A DNA stretch of 64,000 nucleotides from Parabacteroides sp. (GTDB lineage: Bacteria; Bacteroidota; Bacteroidia; Bacteroidales; Tannerellaceae), in contig JAGBDR010000009.1 in assembly GCA_017937385.1 (NCBI GenBank), positions 107,721-171,720 on the forward strand, written 5' to 3'. This document shows, one piece after another, positions 37,692 to 49,600 of this stretch. Each line of letters begins with the position of its first letter. The first letter of the stretch is position 1. The position numbers were made by a program, and so were the translations under genes. The notes beneath the pieces are model-generated. The model was not told the DNA's origin and did no database searches. It saw only the letters and a program-made list of their open reading frames with translations.

Positions 37692-39125
37692 ATGAAAATC
37701 AAGAAACAGATACTTCTCGCGGCAAGCCTGATGGCTGTTGCCGCCCTGCAAGCACAAGAAATCAAAGTCAAAGACAAGCGGGTCGAAAAATCGGACGGCA
37801 CATTGATGATCGGGATGACGCTCGACTTCAGCGAAGTGGACGTCCCCGCGGGCCGCAGCGTCGTCTGCACGCCGGTCATCGCCTCGGGCGACAGCATCCG
37901 CCCGCTGGCCCCCGTCATCCTCAACGGCCGCAACCGCCAGATCCTGTATGAACGCACGGGACGCACCTACGCCACCCACGGCGAATACGCCCTGCGCCGC
38001 ACGAACGGCCACGAGCAGACCTTCGACTACACCGCCCACACCCCGCTGGCGCCCTGGATGAAACGCGCCGAAGTCGCCCTCGTCACCGACCTCTGCGGTT
38101 GCGGCTGGGAGGCGTTGCAGAACAACCGTTCGCCGCTCTTCCCGATCCGCCTCGCCGAACCGGTCGTGCTCCGTCCGCAGCTCGCCTACCGCACCCCGGT
38201 GGCCGAAGCGGTCAAAGCCCGCGCCGTCGAAGGCAAAGCGTTCCTCGACTTCCCCGTCAACCGCACGGAGATCCACCCCGACTACCGCAACAACCCGCGT
38301 GAACTGGAGGCCATCCGCGCCACCATCGCCTCAGTCAAGGACGACCCCTACGCCACCATCACCGAAGTCTGGATCAAAGGCTTCGCCTCGCCCGAAGGAC
38401 GTTACACGGCCAACGCCTACTTGGCGGAAAACCGCGCCAAGGCCCTCAGCGACTACGTGAAGAAGCTCTACCGTTTCGACGCCGCCACCGCCTTCACCAT
38501 CGAGTCGGAACCGGAAGACTGGCAAGGATTAGAAAAGCAACTCTCGGAGAGCAACCTCCCCGACAAGGCGGAACTCCTCGCCATCGTCCGCGACCCGGAA
38601 CCCGCCGACCTCGACAAGAAAGAAGGAAAACTCAAAAACCTGAACGGAGGAAGCTCCTATAAGATATTGTTGCGCGATGTCTATCCCGCCCTGCGCCATT
38701 CGGACTACGCCGTGCGCTACACCATCCGCAACTTCACTGTTGAAGAGGCAAAAGAACTGCTCTACACCGACCCGAAGAAGCTGAGCCTGAACGAAATGTT
38801 CCAGGTGGCACAGACCTACGAGCCGGGTAGCAAACAGTTCAGCGAAGTATTCGAAATTGCCGTTCGCCTGTACCCCGACGACCCCGTGTCGAACCTGAAT
38901 GCAGCCAACACCGCCATTCAGAACGGGCAGTTGGAACAGGCGAAGCGCCACCTGGCGAAAGCCGGGACATCGGCCGAGAAGCAACTGGCGGAAGCTGCTG
39001 TTGCCATGCTGGAAGGCAAACTCGACTGGGCTGAACAGCTATTGGCACCCCTGAAGGACAACGCGGAGGTGGCAGCAGCTGCGACTGGCAACCTGGAGCA
39101 AATCCGGTTGAAGAGAGAAGAATAA
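37692..39125 (+). CDS. DUF3868 / OmpA-like periplasmic protein with C-terminal TPR
   Basis: Signal peptide, FLDFPVN...YRNNPREL, GFASPEG....N..LAENRA, YPALR, A.NLNAA. Confidence 0.85.
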   Translation: MKIKKQILLAASLMAVAALQAQEIKVKDKRVEKSDGTLMIGMTLDFSEVDVPAGRSVVCTPVIASGDSIRPLAPVILNGRNRQILYERTGRTYATHGEYALRRTNGHEQTFDYTAHTPLAPWMKRAEVALVTDLCGCGWEALQNNRSPLFPIRLAEPVVLRPQLAYRTPVAEAVKARAVEGKAFLDFPVNRTEIHPDYRNNPRELEAIRATIASVKDDPYATITEVWIKGFASPEGRYTANAYLAENRAKALSDYVKKLYRFDAATAFTIESEPEDWQGLEKQLSESNLPDKAELLAIVRDPEPADLDKKEGKLKNLNGGSSYKILLRDVYPALRHSDYAVRYTIRNFTVEEAKELLYTDPKKLSLNEMFQVAQTYEPGSKQFSEVFEIAVRLYPDDPVSNLNAANTAIQNGQLEQAKRHLAKAGTSAEKQLAEAAVAMLEGKLDWAEQLLAPLKDNAEVAAAATGNLEQIRLKREE

Positions 39126-39149
39126 ATCAATTAAAAAAAAGAATCGACT

Positions 39150-39596
39150 ATGGCTATCAAGTATAAATTAGTACAAAGAAAAGACTTTTCAAAAGACGCG
39201 CCGAAAGACGCAAAGAAGTATTTCGCGCAAATCGTATCCAACGGTACGGTCACGTTCGACGAACTGTGTGAAGGGATTGCAGAAGAATCCGCATTGACCA
39301 GTGGCGACGTGAAAGGCATGATCGACCGGTTGACCAAAGCATTGGTCCGCCACCTGAAAGCAGGCCGCAACGTGCAGATCGGCGAGTTAGGCAATTTCCG
39401 CCCGACGCTCGGAAGCAAAGGCGCCGCCTCTGAAAAAGAGTTCGACGCCGGCACCATGATGAAGAAACCGGGCATGATGTTCACACCCGGCAAAGCGTTG
39501 CAGAACATGCGCACGCAAATCACCTTCGAACGCATCAGCAAGAAAGAGGAAACGACAACAGGAGGAGGAGAAGAAGAAAGGCCGGGCGAGCTCTAA
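39150..39596 (+). CDS. Bacteroidales HU-related DNA-binding protein
   Basis: VTFDELC..IA..S.LT.GDVKG....L...L..G..VQIGELGNFRP; acidic Gly-rich tail GGGEEERPGEL. Confidence 0.88.
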   Translation: MAIKYKLVQRKDFSKDAPKDAKKYFAQIVSNGTVTFDELCEGIAEESALTSGDVKGMIDRLTKALVRHLKAGRNVQIGELGNFRPTLGSKGAASEKEFDAGTMMKKPGMMFTPGKALQNMRTQITFERISKKEETTTGGGEEERPGEL

Positions 39597-39611
39597 ACAG
39601 CCCCACCGGAG

Positions 39612-39726
39612 AGCTGCCGCAGCCGTTGTCCAAGATCTGCTGCAGCTCTCCTCCGACATCTGCTGCAGCTCCCGAAAGAGATCTGCAGCAGCTCTCGGAA
39701 GGCATCTGCAGCAGCTCTCGGAAGAT
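39612..39726. repeat. 23-bp-period array of ATCTGC(T/A)GCAGCTC
   Basis: Cores at 39635, 39658, 39681, 39704, plus a degenerate copy at 39612. Confidence 0.9.
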
Positions 39727-39768
39727 ACTTACGATAGCCATAAAACAAGATGAAATAAACGACAGAAT

Positions 39769-41355
39769 ATGATAAACGACAAGATAAAAACAGTGGGCCT
39801 ACTGGCACTCTTCGCACTCCTGCCGGCTTGTGCGGATGACGCGCCATTCGACAAGGGCCACGAGCCGGAGAGCGGAACACACGAGTACTACCTCCGTCTG
39901 ACACTCCGGCACCCGGAAGCCGGCCTCCCGACCCGGTCGACCCCGACCGGAGGCGAACCAGGCGACGGACACGAGCCGGGGCAAGACCACGAGACACGCA
40001 TCGACGACCTGACGTTGCTCTTCTACCGGGGCACGGACGGCGTGAACTCGGACGCCTCGACCCCGATCGACAAAATCATCTACCTCGACCGCGACGCGAT
40101 GGAGGGCGACAACCGTACCGAACCGGTGCCGGTGAACCTGCCGGCAGGCGAATACGACCTGCTCACGGTGGCCAACAGCGGCGACCTGCGCCCGCAATTG
40201 CAGGGCAAGACCCTCGGAGGCGTGCGCGACTACCTGTTGCAACAGGCATGGACGGAAGACGAAGAGGGCCGGTGCTCACGCTTCGTCATGACCTCCGACG
40301 GACATACCCCCGACCGCGTCAGCATCTGCAACCTCAACACGACCGACAACCCCGCCTCGGCAACCGTCGAAGTGGAACGCCTCGCGGCACGTATCGACTA
40401 CCGCACGCGGCACGAAACCTACACGGTCGATGATGCCACCTACGGACATGCCGCCGCCTCGATCACCGGCGCCGTCGTGCTCAACAAGATGAAGGCCGGC
40501 TCCTTCCTGCTGAAACGCACCGCCGCGCCTGACAACGGGCGGCTGACGGCGGCTTCGGCTCTCACCTACCTCGGCGACGAACGGCCGGCGGAAGGAGGCG
40601 TGCAGCGCAACTACGTGGCGGACCCCTGGAGCCTGCAGAAAAAAGCCGCGCCCGTCAACGCCGCACTGGCAAAGCTCTACGACAACTACTATACGTCGTT
40701 CGGCCCCTCGCAAGCCGCCTGGGAAGCCGCCATCCGGACCGGCACGGCGGCCGACGGCTGGCAACGGCTCGACTACACGCAGGAAAACACCATGAGCCGC
40801 GAGGCGCAATCGGACGCCTACCGAACGATGGTGGTCTTCCAGGCACGCTACACCCCCGAAGGGTATGAACCGGGACAGACCTTCTACCGCGTGAAAGGCC
40901 GCATCTTCCCGACCCGCGCCGAAGCGGAAGCGGCGGCCCAGGGGACAGGCGCGTTGGTGCGCGAATACCACGACGGGCTGTGCTACTACGTCTGGCGCGT
41001 GCGCCACTCCAACGACGGCAACGACGCCACGCAGGGCATCATGGAATATGCCATCGTGCGCAACAACATCTACCGCCTCCTGGTCGCCTCGATCGACGGA
41101 TTAGGCGATGAAGTCCCGTTCCCCGAACCGGACGGGAAAGACCCGGACCCGGTCGACCCTGACGACCCCGATCCCGATGAACCGGATCCCGACGAGCCTG
41201 ACCCCGACAATCCGGACCCGGACAACCCCGATCCGGACGAACCTGATCCGGACAACCCGGACCCCGATAATCCCGACCCCGAAGAACCGCCTATCACAAT
41301 CGTCGTGACGGTGGAAGAATGGACCCAATTAAACGAACATGACATTTATCTATAA
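39769..41355 (+). CDS. Type V pilus major subunit, Mfa1-like lipoprotein
   Basis: Lipobox LLPAC, PTR|S maturation-like site, VERLAARID, YAIVRNNIYRL.V..I.GLG, Pro/Asp-rich linker, terminal VVTVEEW strand. Confidence 0.88.
   Translation: MINDKIKTVGLLALFALLPACADDAPFDKGHEPESGTHEYYLRLTLRHPEAGLPTRSTPTGGEPGDGHEPGQDHETRIDDLTLLFYRGTDGVNSDASTPIDKIIYLDRDAMEGDNRTEPVPVNLPAGEYDLLTVANSGDLRPQLQGKTLGGVRDYLLQQAWTEDEEGRCSRFVMTSDGHTPDRVSICNLNTTDNPASATVEVERLAARIDYRTRHETYTVDDATYGHAAASITGAVVLNKMKAGSFLLKRTAAPDNGRLTAASALTYLGDERPAEGGVQRNYVADPWSLQKKAAPVNAALAKLYDNYYTSFGPSQAAWEAAIRTGTAADGWQRLDYTQENTMSREAQSDAYRTMVVFQARYTPEGYEPGQTFYRVKGRIFPTRAEAEAAAQGTGALVREYHDGLCYYVWRVRHSNDGNDATQGIMEYAIVRNNIYRLLVASIDGLGDEVPFPEPDGKDPDPVDPDDPDPDEPDPDEPDPDNPDPDNPDPDEPDPDNPDPDNPDPEEPPITIVVTVEEWTQLNEHDIYL
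41140..41289 (+). repeat. Degenerate 15-bp coding repeat encoding PD(N/E)PD units
   Basis: DPDPVDPDDPDPDEPDPDEPDPDNPDPDNPDPDEPDPDNPDPDNPDPEEPP. Confidence 0.9.
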
Positions 41356-41367
41356 ACAGACAGCAAA

Positions 41368-42378
41368 ATGAAAACATACAGACACTATATCGCCGGAGCG
41401 TTCGCCGCGCTCCTCTCGTCCGGCCTCGCCTCTTGCGACTACATCCACGACAAGGACCTGCAGCCGTGCGACCATTACCTGCGTTTCACGTACACCTATA
41501 ATATGAAGTTTGCCGACGCTTTCACCCACGAGCTGACCAACCAGGCCACCGAGAAGACGACCGGCCTGTACATCTTCGACCGCGAAGGGAAGTTCATCCG
41601 CTCCGAAAGCTATCCCGCCGGGGCGTTGAAAGAGGGGCGCGTCCGCCTCGACCTCGAACCGGGCGACTACAAGCTGATGGCGTGGACGGGACTGAACGAA
41701 ACAGACTATGCCTACCCGGCTCCCGCCACCGGCGAGACAATCGGCCAGTGGCAGGTGGCAACCAAGGCTCAAAACGGGACGGTATCGCGCGAACTGTCGG
41801 GACTTTTCCAAGGAACGCTCGACCTCACCATTCCGGAAGGCAAGGCAACCGACTATGAACTGCCGCTCGTGAAGCAGACCAACAAAATCCGTTTCGTCCT
41901 GATCGACGCCAACCGCGGGACGGGATTGAACGCCGACGACTTCACCATCCGCGCCGTGACACGCTGCGGCAAGCTCGACGCGCAGGGAGAGCCGGCAGGG
42001 ACGGACACCTATGTCTGGACCCCCTACCTGCAAACCGTCCGGACTGTCACCGACGCCAAAGAGACAGCAACTAAGACGCAAGCCGTCGTTGCGGAGCTGA
42101 ACACGCTACGCCTGATCGACGGCACGGAAACCGCCTTGCAGCTCTCGCACAAGGAGGAAACGACGCCCTTCTTCAACGTCAGCCTGACCGACTTCCTGTT
42201 GCTCACGAAGATGGAGTCCCACCAGATAGGCGCACAAGAATACCTTGACCGGCAGGACGAATATACGGTCGTGATCTACCTCGACCTCGCCGGCGGCAGA
42301 GCGCACTGCCTCGAAGTCATCGTAAACGACTGGACAGTCCGCCTCGACGAGTTGAACTTAAACAGGAAAGGGGCTTGA
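41368..42378 (+). CDS. FimB/Mfa2-family pilus anchor lipoprotein
   Basis: Lipobox LASC-D, C...LRFTYTYNM..ADAF, LYIFD..G.F, C-terminal VIVNDW. Confidence 0.88.
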   Translation: MKTYRHYIAGAFAALLSSGLASCDYIHDKDLQPCDHYLRFTYTYNMKFADAFTHELTNQATEKTTGLYIFDREGKFIRSESYPAGALKEGRVRLDLEPGDYKLMAWTGLNETDYAYPAPATGETIGQWQVATKAQNGTVSRELSGLFQGTLDLTIPEGKATDYELPLVKQTNKIRFVLIDANRGTGLNADDFTIRAVTRCGKLDAQGEPAGTDTYVWTPYLQTVRTVTDAKETATKTQAVVAELNTLRLIDGTETALQLSHKEETTPFFNVSLTDFLLLTKMESHQIGAQEYLDRQDEYTVVIYLDLAGGRAHCLEVIVNDWTVRLDELNLNRKGA

Positions 42379-42379
42379 C

Positions 42380-43663
42380 ATGACGAACAGACGATTCGAC
42401 ACAACCGTACGCCTCGCCCTCTTCGCCCTCCTCGCAGGGCTGTTGGCAGGTTGCAGCGCAGACGAAACCCCTGCCCGTCCCGAAACCGTCACCGCCACCC
42501 TCTCCCTCCGCACCGAAGCGGGCGACCGGCTGACAAAGGCGGTAAACGAGAGCGACATCAACACCTTGGATGTCTACATCCTGAACGGGACAACGGTGGA
42601 ACAACATCTGACGAAAGACAACTTTACAAACAACAACGGGACAGCCACCGTAGAACTGACAGCCGGTACGAAAACCATCCGTGCAGTGGCAAACGCCGAC
42701 AATTCATACGAGGAGACGGCTCCGGCAAACACAGCGGTCAATGCTTTGGGTGATTGGTTGGACAATGATGCCACCGCCATGCCGATGTCCACTACCTTAG
42801 ACACGACTTGGAATGTCTCGACCACGCCAACCGAATATGAAGTCCGCCTCAACCGCATGGTGGCAAAGATGAATGTAAAGGTGGTGGACGAACGGGCAAA
42901 TCAAACTCCGGCAGTTTCTTCCGTCACCATCGACGGCTTGCTGGCAGGGATGACGAACTTGTACAGAAGCGGGTATGGGACGATTGATTTGCCTACCAAT
43001 GTGACAGCAACAGATTGGTCTTGGGAGAATCTCACATTCAATACGACAACAGCAGAAGCGACCCATGAAGATTTCTACCTTCACGAAAACAAAGGCACAT
43101 TCCCCGTCACCGTGAAGTTAGGAGATAATACCGAACGTACAGGTAGCTTCACCGCCACGATCCCCCGTAACCATATCTTCCCGCTGGTCATCCATCTCAC
43201 GGATTACAGCCTTTCGTTCAAGGTCACGTATCAACTGGCGGCTATCGGCACGTTGCCGGTCAGCAAAGGTCCTTCAAACACATATAATATTGAACTGCCT
43301 GAAGGATGTACCTACGAGGTTGAGGTTACGGCACAAAACAATTCAGGAACCGGCTGGAACAACGCTTCGTGGACATGGGGTACTCCGGGAACCGGCAATG
43401 CGTCCATTACGGTCAATCAAACGGATTGGCCGGATGGCACAGCCATTTCCGACGCAGCTCCCACCTTTACCTTCACCGGAAAGGTTTCCGCACAACACGT
43501 CAGCGGCACTTGCGATATTCCCGTCACTTTGACGGACAATGGGAAAACGATAAACTTCACTATCAAAATGTCTACCAGTGAACTAAACGACAGTGAACTG
43601 AATAAAACGACAACGAAATCCGTTCACCCGGCAAGTCCTCGCCAGATAGACATTGATTTATAA
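42380..43663 (+). CDS. Minor/tip type V pilin lipoprotein
   Basis: Lipobox LAGC, LTK|A site, L.RMVAK, IPRNHI pilin motif. Confidence 0.75.
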   Translation: MTNRRFDTTVRLALFALLAGLLAGCSADETPARPETVTATLSLRTEAGDRLTKAVNESDINTLDVYILNGTTVEQHLTKDNFTNNNGTATVELTAGTKTIRAVANADNSYEETAPANTAVNALGDWLDNDATAMPMSTTLDTTWNVSTTPTEYEVRLNRMVAKMNVKVVDERANQTPAVSSVTIDGLLAGMTNLYRSGYGTIDLPTNVTATDWSWENLTFNTTTAEATHEDFYLHENKGTFPVTVKLGDNTERTGSFTATIPRNHIFPLVIHLTDYSLSFKVTYQLAAIGTLPVSKGPSNTYNIELPEGCTYEVEVTAQNNSGTGWNNASWTWGTPGTGNASITVNQTDWPDGTAISDAAPTFTFTGKVSAQHVSGTCDIPVTLTDNGKTINFTIKMSTSELNDSELNKTTTKSVHPASPRQIDIDL

Positions 43664-43688
43664 TCAACTAAAATTAGGAATTAGAGCA

Positions 43689-46600
43689 ATGAAACATAGA
43701 AATCTATTCATACAATTCTTACGGAGCATTCCCTTGCTCCTCATCCTCCTGCTCTTCAATGGGGGCGCACTTAGGGCGCAAAACAATCCACAATATGCGA
43801 CAGGAGACCAAATGAAGGTAACCAGCGATATAGAGACTCATTTGTGGTTTTTTCCGGACGGGACACGAATTAGTGTAGCTCAAGAGGGAACGGGAAATAT
43901 ATCTCACATCATAAGCAGGGATCATAATGGAGAATCTTGGCAATATTCAGGTTCCGAAAGTGTAATGATAACCATCGAACGTACAGATGATGATACAAAA
44001 CCGTTGTCCGTACTTGTGGTAGAGTATGGAGATCAAACTCCCCTACCAGCTCAGCAAATCACTGTTAAATGGGACAATAATGAGACACAAATATTCAGTA
44101 ATAATATAGAAGAAAGGACTGTTTATCTACGATTAAAAGAACCTATTACATCTAAGAAGATCGAACTTACATTTCAACCAAATAGTACCCAATTTGATAT
44201 TAAGAAAATCTACTCTTTACCAAGCATCCAGCACAAAGCTGCCAAATGGCACAAAATGCGTAGTAAAACCACGACTTATGGAGATACTTTCGATAAAACG
44301 GAGTTTTTCGAACTTACGGGAGACGATTATGTAAACCGCCAAGTACAAGCAACTCACGTTATGACCGACACAATCTATATGCGTAGAGGAACAAGAGTGA
44401 ACTTGACATTGCCAAATAAACTCGATGATAATCAACTAACTCAAAACTCCATGAACAGCTACATCCGTTGGTACAGCTATCGGACAGGGACAACCTATTT
44501 GACGGAACATAGAACACAGAATGGGACGTTTCCTAATGTGGGTGTATATGACTTATTGACTCCAGCAAATTCAAACGAAGGTGCTTCTGATGCCATTACA
44601 CGCTTTGATAATGGATATCTCTTACTTCCATTTACAACTAAAAGTTTGTTTGCCGGTATGAACTTTTACTTTCCTACAGATGATGAATTTAAAGCCTGGT
44701 TTCCCTCTTTTGAAAATAGTTCTAAAATAGATAACAATTTGTATGTTGTCGCTTGTGATGTTTCGCAATATGCAGATTATGGAACAGACGAAACTATAAC
44801 AGGAACCCAACTTGCAGAGAAATTTAAAAACAGTGATTATTGTGAACCGACTTTGACCCACCGCCTCATTTATTATATCAAAGCCGTAGAAGAAGAAGAG
44901 CCGCCATACGAGGAATACACAATCAATATGCCGGCCACTCGTGTCCGTAGCTATACAACCGAACTTGTAACCCTTTCAAAGATGGCCCGCAATTATTTAT
45001 CTCAAAACGGAACAGAAGAGGCGGCTACACTGGTTGCGACTATTGACGCTAATGATAATTCTGCGGGTATTGAGTTATGTAACCAACACGATTATGACGG
45101 AGGAAAACAAGATCAACTAATACTCACCGGAACAGATCGAAACATTACATTCCGTTATCCACGTGTGAATGATGATCAAACCAGAACAGTTATTCCTGAA
45201 ACAGATAACGGTCAACCGCTAACTGCGACAATTGTTGTAAGGCATCAAAATTCAGATAAAGTAGTCGCCAAGTTCCACCTCAACTTCGTCAGAGGAGGAC
45301 GTCTGCTTACACAGAGTATGGTAAAACTGTTAGACGGCGAAGAAGTAAACGGCCAAACATTAGATCGGTATAATACAACCCAATGGGCTACCCTCGGCTA
45401 TCGTACCCCTAAGAAAATTGATGAAGATCCCAACAATGAAGTACTGACGGAATTGACAATGGATTATGACGAATCGGAGGATATTGAATCAGATAATCAT
45501 ATAAAAGGTTATTACCCCTACCCATTAGCTTGGAATTCGAGCAGTTATGGATTTTATGACGGAACAAAGAAAAATAGCGGGTTTAACGGAAACAAAAACT
45601 GTGCGGAATGGGGTAATTATGCAATTACAACAAAGTATGTAGAATGTGGCGGTGAAGGAGAATGGGAAAAAAGTAATATCACAAGGCCCAACACAACAGG
45701 CGCCTATGAACCCAAAGGTTACCACCTCTATATCGATGCCTCCGACCGGCCAGGAACAATTTTCCGTGCTCCCTTCCGTAAGAAGTTATGTTCAAATGCC
45801 CAACTGACATTCTCGGCATGGGTAAAGGTAGCCCGTGAAGGCATAGCAGACAATGCCGGTATGCTATTAACCATCATGGGAAAAACAGTTGATGAAAAAG
45901 GCTATGATAAATACGTACCGGTCTACCGTTACCTGACAGGGCAGATTCCTGCCACTTATGTAGCATCAGCCAATTTGCCGGGATTTAGCACGGAGCCGAA
46001 ATCCAACGAATGGTTCCATGTTTATTTCACATTCATGAATGGTAATATAGACTACGAGGACTATTACTTGCAAGTCGATAACTACTCGGCTTCCACGGCA
46101 GGTGCCGATATGTACCTTGATGACGTACGGGTCTATATGGCGAAACCCAAAGCCCTTGTCAAGCAAAAGAAAATCACGTGTAATGAATTTACATTGATGA
46201 CTTTGGCGTTGGATTGGGAAACATTGCTTGCACGTATCAATGCTTCAGAAGAGGAAACAGACGAAACAATAACAGCCTCAATAGACTTCTGCTTTGTGGA
46301 CAGCCTCGATTATGCCAAAGCAATCTATGTGGATCATCTACCGACAGCAGAAGCAATCCAAGCATCTTGGATGCCTATTACAACAGATAAAACAAGGCAT
46401 GTCGGTCACTTGTCTTTCAACTTGAATTTCTCAAAGAATGACGAATATCCTGAATCCGAAGACAAATCTGTATTCTCGGAGCATAGTAACCAATTTTACC
46501 GGACAGGGACAAAGGAGGATGGCAACCGCCAACTCATCGGTGATTTCAATTCGGCACTGCAACAGAACCGCCGGTATATGATTCTGATCCGCGAAAATCA

Positions 46601-49600
46601 AGGGAATAGAGATGATGAAAATGTAGATGGTTTCACAGACGCTTACGATGATTGCTCCATATCGGCCTCATTCTCCGTGGAGAGCCAAAACCAAGTGCTT
46701 ATCAACGGCGAAGTATTGAAACCGGAAAAAGAACAAGAATACTGCGTCGGACAAACCATCGAACTGGCAATGCAGTTGAGGGTTGAAGATAAAGACGAGA
46801 ACGGAAATACGATATATAAACCTTACGAAGGATCTACCGTTTACTACGATTGGTATTTCAATTCGCCAAGGGAAGGTACGGAAGAAGATTTTGAAACACA
46901 GCAATCGGAATATGACAATGTTACCGTAAAAGAAGCATTGGTACTACTCCGGGAACACTATCCCAACGTTACAGCAGAAGCATATACCGACACGGACGGA
47001 ACAACAAAATATCGGTTGCCCTCAGATGTTACAGCCAAGGATGATTTTACAAATAACCATATCGACCTAATCAACGCTAAGCTGAACGAACCGGGACGCG
47101 ATGCCGCTGTAAACCGTAGGTTGATCTTACGCCGGGAGAGACTGACAGTCCGCCTTTTGGATAACGATGGACGTAGTTTGAAAATCATTCCTATTCCAAT
47201 AACAGAAAATGAAAAAGCTCTTATTTGTGCAGAGCCTGTCGATCTGCGCATGACACCTTTCGGAAGTGCGCCCAGCGTGCAGCCTGGATTCGAGTATATG
47301 AACTATCCGGAAGAGACGTATAATCCGGCTATGCGTATCGGGTTGAAGCATATAGAAAACTCAACACAAACAAACCAGATTACCGTCAACCTCCGTAACA
47401 TCAAATATGCACGAGAGTTAGATGAATATGGAGCCAATAAACCCACCCATGTAGGTTTGATGTCCAGCGGTATGGATGAATCAGATGTCCTTAATGACAT
47501 TTACCTGATCGGTTCTACCGACCCGGCTTATAAGGATTTGTTTACCGAGTCGAATTCCCCATACACCTACGTAATCGGAAAGGTTCATTCTTTTTATGCC
47601 CAACCGCGTAAATTGGGAGATGAAATTAATGGGACAAATGTCATGAAAATCCACTTTAAGGATGGTGAACAGATGACCGAAGGCGACAAGGACCTCAAAT
47701 TCGACCCCAAGGAAGGGTACGAATATACCTTTATGGTCCGGTATGAAGAACATTACAATACGGGTACCCGAGCCGATGACAATGAGAATAGCGACGACGA
47801 CAAATTACCCGTTCCCTGTTATGGCAACTTCATCATGACCATGAAAGTCGTCCCCGAATACCTGGTTTGGCAAGGCACAACAACAGGCCTCAACTGGAAC
47901 GACGATTCGCAATGGAAACGGGCGACGAATGAGGATATACATGCCAATAATATTATTCCCAATTATGGGAACAATTACAATGATAACCCCGGCTACGTTC
48001 CCATGCGGTTCTCGAAGATCATCATCCCAAGAGATGGCAAAGTGGAATTGTATAAGGCAGGATTCGAGGGTGATAAAACAAAATACCGTAATGTTGAGTG
48101 GAAAACTGAAATCAATGACGATGCACACAAACACATGGATCCGCCGGCAACCGATGAATATCGCAAACACCCGATCCAATACGATATGATGGTATATGGG
48201 AAAAAGGGCGATGATGGCAATTACACCGATATGCACACCGACCCCTACACCGTAAACCGTTGCGAAGAGGTGCATTTCGAACCGGGAGCCGAGATGATGC
48301 ACGCCGAACTGTTGTCGTATAAAAACCAGCTTTCATCAGATGACATAACCTATCAAAAAGCCTGGGTAGAATACGAATTGGAGAAAGGCCGCTGGTATGC
48401 CCTCTCCTCTCCTTTGCAAAACGTCTTCTCCGGTGATTTCTATACCGGCAAGGACGGCAAGGAGGCTTCAGAATATTTCACACCTATTCAATGGAATAAC
48501 AACAACAGCCGTCTGAACCCGACCGTCTATCAACGCGGATGGAAAGGGAGTAGCGCAACGATGGTGGGTACCGGTACAGACGCTACCGGAGAACGTGCCA
48601 TTGCCGGCAACTGGAGTGCCCTATATAATAAGGTAGACGAAAACTATGGTGAAAACGGCTTCTCGCTTCGGGTACAAGATATTGAAGGTACTGGTAGTAA
48701 AGCCTTGTTCCGTCTCCCGAAAGCGGATGTATCCTATACATATAATAGTAATGACGGAAATACTTCATCAGGAACGATAAGTCGTGAAAACAGCCACAAG
48801 TTAAGAATCGATAATCTGAATGATAATAATAACGGCATGACCGTCCCACTTGCAGCAAACGACAACAACCCGTACTATTTAGTCGGTAACCCGTTCATGG
48901 CACAGTTGAAGATGGAAGAGTTCTTCAATAAGAATACTTCACTTGCAAAAACCTATTGGTTGGTGGATGAAAACAACCAACAAATAGCAGCAAACGGAAA
49001 CAACGACGCATGGACTGCCAACGGCAAGGATGGCAACAACGGAACGGTTCCGCCTTTAACCTCTTTCTTTGTAAAGAAGGCGGATAATGCAACTACTGTA
49101 CCAAATGAGGTCACTTTCACCGCCGATATGCAAACACTGGATACAGAAGCGACTACAGCAAGCGAACCCAATACCCCGGCCCTCTACCTGACCATCACAA
49201 CGGCCGACGGACGGCAAAGCCACGCTTCGATCGCCTACGATGCAGCTTCAGACAAAGGCTATCGCACGGATGAAGACGCCGAATTGTTCTTAGATTCCAA
49301 CTTGGGCAACGTGCCGATGGTCTATACCGTAGCCGGCACAATGGCAGCAAGCGTCAACCGCACCTCCGACCTCTACGACATCCCGGTAGGCGTGTACGGA
49401 GGCGACAAGGCTTCCAACGTGGTACTCTCGTTCGACGGTATGGAATCGTTCGCCAGCGTCAGCCTTTACGATGCCGTCCGCAAAATCGAGACGCCGTTGC
49501 ACGAAGGCAAAAAGATCGAAATCCCTGCCGCCACAGCCGGTCGTTACTTCCTCCGCGCCGGTATGCCGACCGCCAACGAAACAATCGCCCGCAATGCGTT

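Noticed and set aside
39612-39726. CRISPR array
   Set aside because: 23-bp total period leaves no real spacers
39593-39997. Small ORFs overlapping the HU-Mfa1 spacer
   Set aside because: Low-complexity translations of the 23-bp array or antisense to real genes
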